A stretch of DNA of 63,915 nucleotides, counting the filler, from Reticulomyxa filosa (taxonomy: Eukaryota > Protista > Foraminifera): assembly GCA_000512085.1 (NCBI GenBank). It is 12 parts of 12 records of this genome, joined end to end, with 100 filler letters (N's around TTAATTAATTAA, not from the genome) between each part and the next. Parts side by side here need not be neighbours in the genome. Positions count along the whole stretch, not along the records: positions 31,731 to 44,384 come from ASPP01048057.1; positions 44,485 to 57,294 come from ASPP01004872.1; 10 more parts are not named here. The stretch is one strand, 5' to 3'. The notes beneath the pieces were generated by a model. That model was not told where the DNA came from. It was given only the letters and a program-made list of their open reading frames with translations, and searched no databases. The position numbers and the translations under genes were made by a program. This document shows positions 38,331 to 48,539 of the stretch, one piece after another. Each line of letters starts with the position of its first letter. The stretch's first letter is position 1.

Positions 38331-38714
38331 TAAGTGTGAATTTTATGGCTTTAAAATTTGTGAAAAATGATTGTGATTATATTGTATAATTTATTCACAT
38401 AAATGAAAAATAAAAGTTTTGGATTCTATTTGATCACAAAAGTATTTGTTATTGTTATTTTAAAATCTTTTGTATATTTTCTTTCACAATTTCACAATTG
38501 ATAAATGAAAAACTTTATTTTGATATAAATTGAACAGGAACTTTGAATAAAATTGCCAGAGAAGAAGATATTCTAAAATTTTCAGAAAGAAAAACATTCG
38601 TTTGAAAAGAAACAAAAATAACGAATATATTACAACACAAATAAAATGACAAATTGAATTAAAATTGAGTTAACTTTATAATTAAATTGAATTGAAATTG
38701 AATTGCTTGAAATT

Positions 38715-38857
38715 AAATTGTTGTGATTGAGTTGCTGTAGTTAAGTTATCATCATCAAATTGCTGTAATTAAATTACTGTGATCAATAAGTTGCTGTAAT
38801 CAAGTTGCTGTAATCAAACTGCTGTGATCAAGCTGCTGTTATTGAATTGCTGTAATT
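38715..38857. repeat. 14-bp minisatellite, ~10 degenerate units (consensus AAGTTGCTGTAATC)
   Basis: AAATTGCTGTAATT AAATTACTGTGATC .. AAGTTGCTGTAATC AAGTTGCTGTAATC AAACTGCTGTGATC AAGCTGCTGTTATT GAATTGCTGTAATT. Confidence 0.8.
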
Positions 38858-39739
38858 TGATGTTTAAAGTTGTTGCTATAGTTGAATTGTCTTAACGTTG
38901 AATTTATTTTATGTGGTCAAACTGTATGTGTTTAATGGGTTGTTGTGGTTATTTATTAATGAGATTGCAGTATTGAATATGACAATATACATAAGGGCAT
39001 TTAATAACATAAGAAATTGGGGGAATTGAACGATATTGATAACATATTTCTTAATTCCATCAACAGTTTTCCCATTACTTTATATTTTTGCGCTCTTTTT
39101 ATCCTTTTTACAGAACAAACACAAATAAAAACACAAACAAATAAATACACAAACATATAAAAATAAATAAACAAAACAAACAAAATTTTGTTAAATTAAG
39201 TTTTTTATTTTGAAAAAAATAAAAAAAAATATAAAAAAAAACATTTAAATGGTTTAATTAATGTTTTTTTTAAAATTTAATTGGTACAATTGCATGTATC
39301 TTTTTAGATATCGAAAATTTTCAACTGAAAACTTTACTATATGCAAAGGTATGTCATAAATGCAAACTTATTTTACTTTTTGTTTTATTTTCTTTGAGAG
39401 TTTTTTTTATCAAGTTGTTATTATTAAATAATTGCGCAATCATTTGATAATTTGTTTAGTGTTATCATTTTTTTATTGCATTTGATAACATTTACACTTT
39501 TTTTTGGAAAGATACAACAAAGTGTAATATAATGGGATAAGACTTGCTTTGTCGTACATAATTTAAATATTTTTTTATGTATTTTTTCATTATCCAAATT
39601 GATATGTAACGTTCAGTTGTTTTGTCATATTCTTTTTTTACATATTTATCCTAAATAATTAATAAATCAGTAACAAAAGGATTCTTTGATCCGAAAATAT
39701 CAATATTGTGAGTAAGTTATTACATTTTCTTCAAAGATT

Positions 39740-42400
39740 TAATTTGAATATGTTTTATTTGCATTATTTAATGTTAAAATACAAATAAAAAACGATAGTG
39801 AGGGTAAGCTGTAATTTTGAATAAATAGCAAACAATACATTATTTCAATTGCGTTTTTCACTATATTGATGTTGGTAATAATCCCAGGCTGCGTTTTAAA
39901 AGAAAACTTTGTACCAAAATAAAATAAATATGATATATAATTTGAAATATCCATATTGACTTGAGAACAATCTCTTTTTTCGAAAACAAATACATGCTTT
40001 CTTAATTCCCTATTACATATTTTCGAATAAATATTTTGAAAATTATCGGGGTTCTTCATTTCATTTTTTAATATTTTTAAGAAATTTTTGCTTTGATATT
40101 TACATTTTTTATATTCTTTTGGAATTACTTTTATTCCTTGTTTTCTCTTGCACTTTGTCCAAGTCTCATATATCTTGAGCCTTTGTGTTGTAGTAAGTCC
40201 TGAGCTGCCGATTCTTTTATTGGAGCGTAACGAACGCCATCTACAATAATTACGCCAGAATCCTCTGAGGAACCACTCGGGTTGCCAGTTATAGTAGACT
40301 TCCATGTTATTTCCTTTCGCAAACCAGCAGGCTTCCTTACCATTTCGGAATTCCTTTTTGCATTGACATTTTTGAACTTTTCCCCACGAGATATTATCAC
40401 AGAATGATCCGAATCGGAATCTGTTTCCGAATTGTTTAAAATTGTCGATAATAAACCCATATTTTTCAAGTAATTGAGTACATTCTGATTTCTTAAATCC
40501 ACACGTACATTGAAATTTACAGTGGAGTCGGAGGGATGAGTAAAACACATACATTTTGAGTTTTCCCCCAATATTTCTCGCCGTGACGACGCATCCTTTC
40601 GTCTCTTGATATTGTCACAAATTTTGATAAATTCCTTTTCCCACAAAATGTCTTCCCCATGCTTTACTTTTTGCTTGGAAGTATAACCATTTACGTTTTT
40701 TTGATCATTGTCTTCATTGTTTTCTTTCTAATCTTCCGATGACTTTATTTTTTCTATTTCCTTTTGTAATTTTTCGAACTTTTTTTGATGCATTATTTGG
40801 ATCTCATCTTGTCTTTTTTCCATTTGTTTAAACATTGTTTCAATCTTTTCCATAAAGGAACTTTGCTCTTGTTCTTTCACTTTCCTTTCATCTTTTTCCC
40901 TTTGTTTTTCTTGATTCTAACCATTATTAAGAATTTCCAATTCTGAGGAATCATTTATTCCTTCCATTAAAAAGGTGGCATAAGTAGCAATATTGCTAAA
41001 ATTTTAAGCACCTCTTTTTTGATTGACTTCACGAACAACAGTTTGAATACTTTCGTATTGAATTCTTCCATACTCCAATAGTAGTATTTTGTCATACAGT
41101 ATAAAACCAAACTAGCCCAGCTTGACAATGAATTAATATATTTTTTCCATTAATAATATATGAACTAATTATATTTATTATTTTTGAAATTTTTTCCGGT
41201 GTGAAATCTCTATACGATTTTAAAATACGAATTAAACTTTTACTAAACTTTTTTCAGCTTTTGCATTTCCATTATGTATACTAGTTTTGCCCATCCAATA
41301 ATATATAATAAAAACGTGCCAGCATTTGGCTTTCTCCATTTTTTTGTTGTGATTCTGCGTTGCCTAAATATACTATTAATGAGAGTTTATTCTGACACAT
41401 TTTTTCCTTTCTTACGTATTTTTGAAAGTATTCAAAAGATCACATTTGCAATACTTTGTCAACACTATCCACAGTGAATTAACTGTTTCTGTGTAGATTT
41501 CTTTACACTTATAAAGTCATCCTTTGTTTTTGATAGTCTAAATATTCTTAAACCAGTAGAAAATATCACTTGTTGATACTATTTTTTCTTTACATAGGAA
41601 TTTGGATACACAAATCTTTGTTTGTCAGAAAGATACTTCTTTTTATCGCATTTGTAACTATCACTTTTATTATACTTAGTATTTATTTTGGCGACAACAT
41701 ATGCTTGTTTTATATTAAAATCTCATTATATTATACTTTTTTACGTTAGTTTTTAGTATAATATCCAAAAATTTTACTTTTGGTGATACTTCGACTTCTA
41801 ATTTCAATCAGGATCATATATTTTACAAATATAATTTGAAATAAATTCCATAGTATTAATTTCTTCATTTACTAAAAAAAGGACATCATCAATATATCCA
41901 TATATTTTGAAGGGTGCAAATTCTTTTGAAAACTTGTTGTTTGCGAAAAATTCCATTTCATACTAATTTCTTACTAATTGGGCAAGCATTGGCGAATCGG
42001 AATCTCCTTGACATATACCAAAATATCTTTTCTTTGTCAGCTGATCTTTTAAAAAACAAAATTATGCAAATAGTAAGAAACTTCAAAAATATTTTTAAAA
42101 GCTGACATTACTTTAAACGATCTTATGGAATTGATTGAACATGATATCGAGTTATAAATAGAAAAATACATTATCATTTTCAAAGGCAACCAAGACAGTA
42201 ATAATTTGAAATAATCTTAAAACACAAATTTTTGTGTAAAAATAAAAATAAATTTCTTTGATTTGACTTTAACATGAAATGTCTTTGCACGATGAATATT
42301 GCAAATTTAGTTTATTCTACTTTTGATAAAAATTATAACGTTTTGATATTTGAAAAGTGTGTATGTATATAATCTGCAATTTGTACTTTTTTTTACATTT
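39740..42400 (-). mobile_element. Degenerate Penelope-like retroelement (RT + thumb, then a phosphatase-like segment and further broken ORFs)
   Basis: Not in the ORF track. Manual translation gives IADYIHTHFSNI (~42345-42380, motif A-like), GICQGDSDSPMLA (41981-42019) in frame with YIDDV (41882-41896), VKFLDI (~41760-41777), and a Penelope-type thumb FVYPNS..K..VIFSTGLRIFRLS...F...K..LIHCG (~41490-41620). Many stops. Confidence 0.72.
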
Positions 42401-43794
42401 GAATGTATAGTCATAAACTTGACTGTTTGATTAATTACATCTAGTTGTACTTTGATTAATTTAACGTTGTCAATAACTTTTGTATCAATATCAACTCGAT
42501 CTAATCGTAATTTTAGTCTATTGCTATATCAGAATGCATATTATTTGACTGTGTTTCAAGCTAAATATTTGTTGCATAAATAATTTGACAATTTTAATTG
42601 TCAAAATAATAAGTAATCATAAGCAGATCCTTAAAAACACTTTTTTGTTATAGATTTCAATGTCGAAAAAAACTCAGGATTCAGATAATATACACAGTTT
42701 TTTCTTTTAGTATAAAAGTGAAATTAAGCGTTCTAAAACTTAATGAAAAAAGAATTAATATCAAACAAGCAATGTAAATATTCACTTATTTAGAAAATTG
42801 ATTTTAAGGATTCGACAAATAATAGAATATCTGGATCCTGAATTTTATTTTATAACAATGACTATTGTGTACAAATTGTTAGACTACAAATGATATAATT
42901 GTAATTAATTGATATGAAAAAAAGAAAATAAAATCAAGCATATATTTTGCATATAATACATATTCAAATATTATGTTATACGTTATAATGCAAAATGACT
43001 AAAATCACACTTTATAAAAGTACAACATAACTATTCATTTAATCAAGTAAATACAAATATCAATCTTCATATAACTTTAGAATCATTGATATCATACTTT
43101 TTTCACAATCAGAAAATCCAAATTTTTCATCATTGATATTGAACTATTTTTTAATCTAAAAAAAAATTTTTTGTATATTGAAACATGAACACTTTGATCT
43201 GAGACTTTTTTCAAAAATCTGATCGATCAACAAAGAGATATAAACCAAGATTCTATGGTGGAAGAAAGATACCAACAAAAGAAGAAAACAGAAAAAAAAA
43301 AAATCTAAACAAAAAAAGAAAAATAGCATTGCAAGATCTACAACCTTCTAATTTTTTTCAATGTCGGGCAAAAAGTTAGTATGATACAATCTAATTTATT
43401 TACAAAACAAAAATATGTATTAAAAAGAAATTATGTTTATTAACTGTTTTAATCCACACAAATTAGTGTATTCCGATCGTAAAAAGCAAATTGAAAGTAC
43501 CATTAAGTTTAGTTAATAATATTATATTTATGTTATTTTTTCAAATGATAGACATTGTATGTGAAACAATAAATAGAAAACTGAAAACTTTCATTGATGA
43601 AACGTAGCAGAACAAGAATACAGACTATACAAAGAGCATTGCAAATGCAATACTAGATAATCAAAAAGAAGAATCTGAACATATTGCAAAACTAAACTAC
43701 ATGCTCGCAATAAAATTACAACAAACAGATGAACAAAAAAGGATCGTTCAACAAATGTTTCAAACAGCAGAAAAGAATAAACAATCTACATGAT

Positions 43795-44384
43795 ATTGAA
43801 AGTTGAATGCCAGTGACATTCTACGACTAAAGCCAAGATGTTGGCTGAATGACGAAATAGTCAACTGCTATAGTGAGATGCTTGAATATAGAAACAAAAT
43901 AAGATTCAATAACGGGGAATGTGTCATGGTTATATTGATAAATTCTTTTTTTATACCAAATTGACAAGGAATGCATAAGACTAATGTATTCAATCGATGG
44001 ACATCCTCTAAGATTATTGTATTTGATTTTGATTGGATTAACATGTCATTACACTAAAATGGTTTTTTTATGTTTGTTGTTGTATATTATCCAAAATAGA
44101 TCAAGAAAATTGACTTTTTCAAACTAGGCAAAACAATTTTTGATTTGGATAAAATCATAGTTATAATAAACATGAATGATTATTGATTTTGTATTTGCAT
44201 TAATATTCGAAAGAAGAGAATTGAAGTTTACAATTCAATAAACACTGAATACAAAACTTTATGATCTTTTCAAAAGATGTATCTAATATGAAATAAATAA
44301 CAAAAAATTGACAATGAAAGAAGAATGTAGTTATTATACGCCTTCCAGCATTCCATTGCAAAAGATAATTTTGATTGTGATGTC
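43795..44384 (+). pseudogene. Ulp1/SENP-type (peptidase C48) protease remnant
   Basis: LRLKPRCWLNDEIVNCY, INSFF, IFDLDKIIVIIN..Y*FCICINIRKKRIEVYNS (His-Trp site mutated) and IPLQKDNFDCDV (Q..DC catalytic-Cys motif). Contains stops. Confidence 0.75.
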
Positions 44385-44486
44385 NNNNNNNNNNNNNNNN
44401 NNNNNNNNNNNNNNNNNNNNNNNNNNNNTTAATTAATTAANNNNNNNNNNNNNNNNNNNNNNNNNNNNNNNNNNNNNNNNNNNNGT

Positions 44487-46097
44487 GGTCCTGGTGGATT
44501 TGGTGGTGGTCCTGGTGGATTTGGTGGTCCTGGAGGTGGTCCACGTCCCCCTTTTGGAACTGGCGCAGGTCCCTCGGCCATGGGAGCGTCTTCTTCTTCG
44601 ACGCCTGCAACCTCGTCGTTGGATCCAAACAAACCCAGACCCAAATCCAATCGGTATGTCCCATTGCCACCTGACTTGCAAAAAAGGTTGGGAATTACAA
44701 GTGCTGAGGAAGACACTGGAGAATTCCCTCCTCGTCCTTCTTCTTCTTCTTCTTCTTCTTCTTCTTCCTCTAATGCTACAACTACTACTACCACTCCTGG
44801 TGCTAGCTCTGACACCGGCGCTAATGCTGCCAAACCAAAGCCAAAATTCAGCAGATACGGTGGTCCGCTGCCACCACAGTTGCAGGAAAGGTTAGGAATC
44901 ACTTGTGCTGAAGACGATCCGGACAGAGTGAAAGAGAGAAATGGTTATACGTGGACGGCCGCAGGATTAGTACCACCAAGTTCCTCGACTGGGACGACTG
45001 GAATGACGGGGGCGACTAAAATGACTGGAACGTCAGGATCGAGCTATGGCTCAGGATCGGCCTATGGTTCAGGATCGGCCTATGGCTCAGGATCAGGCTA
45101 TGGCTCAGGATCAGGCTATGGCTCAGGATCGGGCTATGGCTCAGGATCAAATTTCGGTTCAGGCTTCAACCCGGGATCAACGTCGTCGTCATCAACATTC
45201 CCAACATCTTCCAGCTTTCCATCCACGACATCTTCGTCAACAACGGTGCCGAAAAAAGGATTGACGCAAGCGCAAGTTGATTCGTTACAAGAACTCGCCA
45301 GTGAACACGAAGACATATTGAAACACTTAGAGCTCATCATTGAACGACGATCGGTTGTGGGAAGCGATTTCGACACCACAGCACCTTCTCGACAAGACGG
45401 TACCAAAACCAAAGCCAAAGCCAAAGGCAAAGACAAAGACAAAGACAAAGAGAAAGAGAAAGAAGAAACAGAGGATTCACCCAAATCCAAAAAGAAAGAG
45501 AAAGAAAAAACAGAGGATTCACCCAAATCCAAAAAAAAAGGACTCGCTGGAAATGGAAATGAAAGTGGACACGCCAATGGAAATAACGAAGAAAATGCGC
45601 AGAAGAAAAGTGACAATGAAAGTGACAATGACCAACGTAAGAGCGACAATGATAGCGAAAATGAAAAGGATGACGATACAAATACCGAAGAAAAAAATGA
45701 CAAAAATGGGGATGATAGTGCTCATAAAGACGCAACGAACAAGACAACTGAAAATGGGGATGACGATGACAAGGATGAAGCCCAAGAGAGTGAAGATGAT
45801 AAGGACGCGAGCAAAACCCAAGAGAAGGATGGAGATGACACAGAAAAAGAGTCTTTGAAAAATGAAGACGATGAGAGTATAACCGCCACCGAAACTAGTG
45901 AAAAAGGAAAAAGTGGAGATGAAGACGACGAAAATAAAAAAGATGATGAAATAATTGCGGGTAATGACAAGGAAAGTGAGGACGTGCACGAAGAAAATGA
46001 AGAGGAGGAAGAGGAAGAGGAACAAGAAGAAGAGGAGCAAGAAGAGGAACAAGAAGAAGAGGAAGAAGAAAATAAAGAAACTTCAAAAGAAAATTGA
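44487..46097 (+). CDS. Low-complexity protein, 5'-truncated: Gly/Pro-rich start, duplicated 28-aa motif, GSGSxY hexapeptide repeats, very acidic tail
   Basis: One uninterrupted frame from the contig edge to TGA 46097. The antisense ORFs are shadows. Confidence 0.7.
   Translation, partial: GPGGFGGGPGGFGGPGGGPRPPFGTGAGPSAMGASSSSTPATSSLDPNKPRPKSNRYVPLPPDLQKRLGITSAEEDTGEFPPRPSSSSSSSSSSSNATTTTTTPGASSDTGANAAKPKPKFSRYGGPLPPQLQERLGITCAEDDPDRVKERNGYTWTAAGLVPPSSSTGTTGMTGATKMTGTSGSSYGSGSAYGSGSAYGSGSGYGSGSGYGSGSGYGSGSNFGSGFNPGSTSSSSTFPTSSSFPSTTSSSTTVPKKGLTQAQVDSLQELASEHEDILKHLELIIERRSVVGSDFDTTAPSRQDGTKTKAKAKGKDKDKDKEKEKEETEDSPKSKKKEKEKTEDSPKSKKKGLAGNGNESGHANGNNEENAQKKSDNESDNDQRKSDNDSENEKDDDTNTEEKNDKNGDDSAHKDATNKTTENGDDDDKDEAQESEDDKDASKTQEKDGDDTEKESLKNEDDESITATETSEKGKSGDEDDENKKDDEIIAGNDKESEDVHEENEEEEEEEEQEEEEQEEEQEEEEEENKETSKEN
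45045..45160 (+). repeat. 18-bp coding tandem repeat (TATGGCTCAGGATCRGSC) x ~6 encoding YGSGS(A/G)
   Basis: Seen directly in the sequence. Confidence 0.9.
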
Positions 46098-46942
46098 GTA
46101 ACCAAAAAAAGAATCATCAACAAAAGTACCGCCTCTGCAACACTCCAAAAAAAAAAGCAAACAATGATATCCGTTCCTTCTATTTGTCATTTTTTTTTAA
46201 ATTGAGACAACAGGGTGAATGTAAACTTTTCCCAGATTATCTCCTTTTTATTTTGCTTTTTGAATTGGTGATGCATGTTTTTTAAATTTTTCATGTGCAT
46301 GATTGTGTGAGTGTTTGGGCGATTTTGACCCTTCACAAAAATATTAAAAATAAAAATAAAAATATTTTCAAAATTGATAGTAACAGAGTTTTGAAACCAA
46401 TACGTATTTGACATTTGAGCAATTCACAGTAACATTGTTCTCCCATTTGTTCTTTTTTTTTTGGTTGTTCAAGGACATTATTGTTGAGAAAGAAAGGATT
46501 TTTCATCCTTATAAAATATGTTTTGCTTTGTGGCAAAGATTAAAAAAATAACTTCAATTCTACGTTAAAACACTGTTCGAAACGCAAATTTTAACACTAT
46601 CGAAACAAAAGTTATTTGCGAGGAGGGGGGAGGCGAGTAACTATTTTGCAAGGAAACTTATATTTATTTTTAGTATAAGGTCACTCTGTAATTTTGTCGT
46701 TCCCTCCCAGGGGATATAACCTTATAATACGTTTTTTCTTTTTGAAAAAAGCATCACAACAAAAAACAAAACAGCAAAGCCCGCAATAAAAAGAAAAAAT
46801 TCCTGAGCCCACAAACAACAACAAAAAAAGTATTGTTGCGAATCAAACAGAACTAGGAAAAGAGAAGAAAAACCTTTGATTTGAGGAGTTCAAAGTTTGG
46901 TGACAATGAACGAGTAGTTTAAACGTAATGTGAAGATTCGGA

Positions 46943-48125
46943 TCAGGATATGGAGAGAAAACGGTTGGATAAATAATCCAGGAAACTTCTGGAATATTCA
47001 TAGGTTCCAAAAATGATGGCATTACTCAAGATAGCCCTTGGTATAGTAACACCAAATCCCGAATAAAGACCTTTGCGAAAACCATATTTTTGCCATCTGT
47101 GCTTTAAAATGGAGTACACAGATAGATTGACCTCACTGGCATAAACTTGCTTTCGTGTTTTGGCCAGATCAATGGGATAAATGGAGAGCCAAAAACAAAC
47201 ACCAGCACCACCACCAGAAGTCAATGTTATCCAAGCCGGCAATGCCACAGTATTTTTGCTTGCATTTGTAGCATTGTTATTTGAATCATTGTTATTGAAA
47301 TTATTGATATTGTTATTATTGTTATTATTGTTATCATTGTTGTTATTGTCATTTGCACTGCTTCTATTCGAGTTAATGAAATCACTATTGCCGTTGGAAG
47401 GCACCGTAGCTGAGGCACTTGAGTATCCACTAAGTTGACAAAGAGTCCTTTGAATGGCTCTATAACCAATGAAATACACAACCGCGCCTGGAACTTCACG
47501 TCCCAACGTTGGCATTAGTCCAGTGAACAACCGCGGCTGTCCTTCACGAATTATACTCATTAGACAATGCCATGTGTTTCGATACTGTCCTTTTTTATAT
47601 CGGTTGCACCATTTTATATATTATCTGTGTTTTTTTTTGGGAATTTCATCTTGTTTTGTGTTTACATACAATACCTTTCAGTTCGGGCATTTGCATACGA
47701 CATTTCACCAATTCCACTGGGGTCAACCAAAGTCCAGTTCCTACTCCACTCACTGCTCCCGCCAAACCTACTTCAAATAATGTCAATTCTTCATTTTGAT
47801 GATCCGGATTTTGACTGTGGCGTATTTTTTTTAGAAATCGCTGCGTTGCTCCATATAGCCAAAAGATTAACAAATTTTCTACACACGCTCCTGCCAATGG
47901 CGCCGGCAATCCATGGAAAAATCTCCACATCCCTTGCTCTTTAACTGTGTGTCTTAAAAACTGAACAAGGTTGCTCTGTTGCAACGTGATATTATTGCTT
48001 TGATACAAAACCTTCACCGTGTCAAAGGGATATTCCACCACTTTACTTATTAGACCCGCCAAAACGCCTCCAATTGCATCTTTGATTTGAGCAATAGTTT
48101 CGTTTTTTTCCACTTGGCGATCCAT
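46943..48125 (-). CDS. Mitochondrial carrier family (SLC25) protein, ornithine/carnitine-carrier-like; 2 exons (48125-47675, 47589-46943)
   Basis: Three Px[DE]xx[KR] signatures: YPFDTVK, TPVELVKCRMQ and YPIDLAKTR. Also GREVPG. Intron 47590-47674 splices to give LKGQYRNTWHCL. Confidence 0.93.
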
Positions 48126-48539
48126 TCAATATTTCCTTTAATAAATTACCTTAAAAAGTTCTTCTCCGACTGGCCCTTCGTACAGATTTTTAGTGATGTG
48201 TTTTCTTATATATATATTTTTTCCTGCTTGCACGAGTGGGTGCAATGTGTATTTAACCAATTCAATGAATTAGTCATCTACCATTGCAAAACTGACCCTC
48301 CCCGCTGCCGAACAAAGCAAGTTAATCGTACCTGGTCCAGACTAGGACATGGCACTCAAAAAGAAATGCAAAGAACAAAAAACAAAGCGGTTTCCTCAAA
48401 CAGAAAATTTTGAAAACATCTTTGAACAAAAATTTTTTGATATTGCTGTTGTTTTCATACATGCCAACGGCATTTACGTTTTTCAGGGCAAGCACTGGTG
48501 AGTAATAACCAATGTTCCACTGAACTCTGGTCTGTCTAC

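Noticed and set aside
40474-40521. SWIM zinc-finger-like CKFQCTCGFKKSECTQ suggesting a Mutator transposase
   Set aside because: The His ligand is absent, the overlapping frame (40131-40646) reads as more protein-like, and no DDE transposase motifs were found. The upstream motifs are RT instead.
45134-46123. Long antisense Ser/Phe/Leu-rich ORFs that look like membrane proteins
   Set aside because: They are mirror images of the E/K/D-rich sense ORF.
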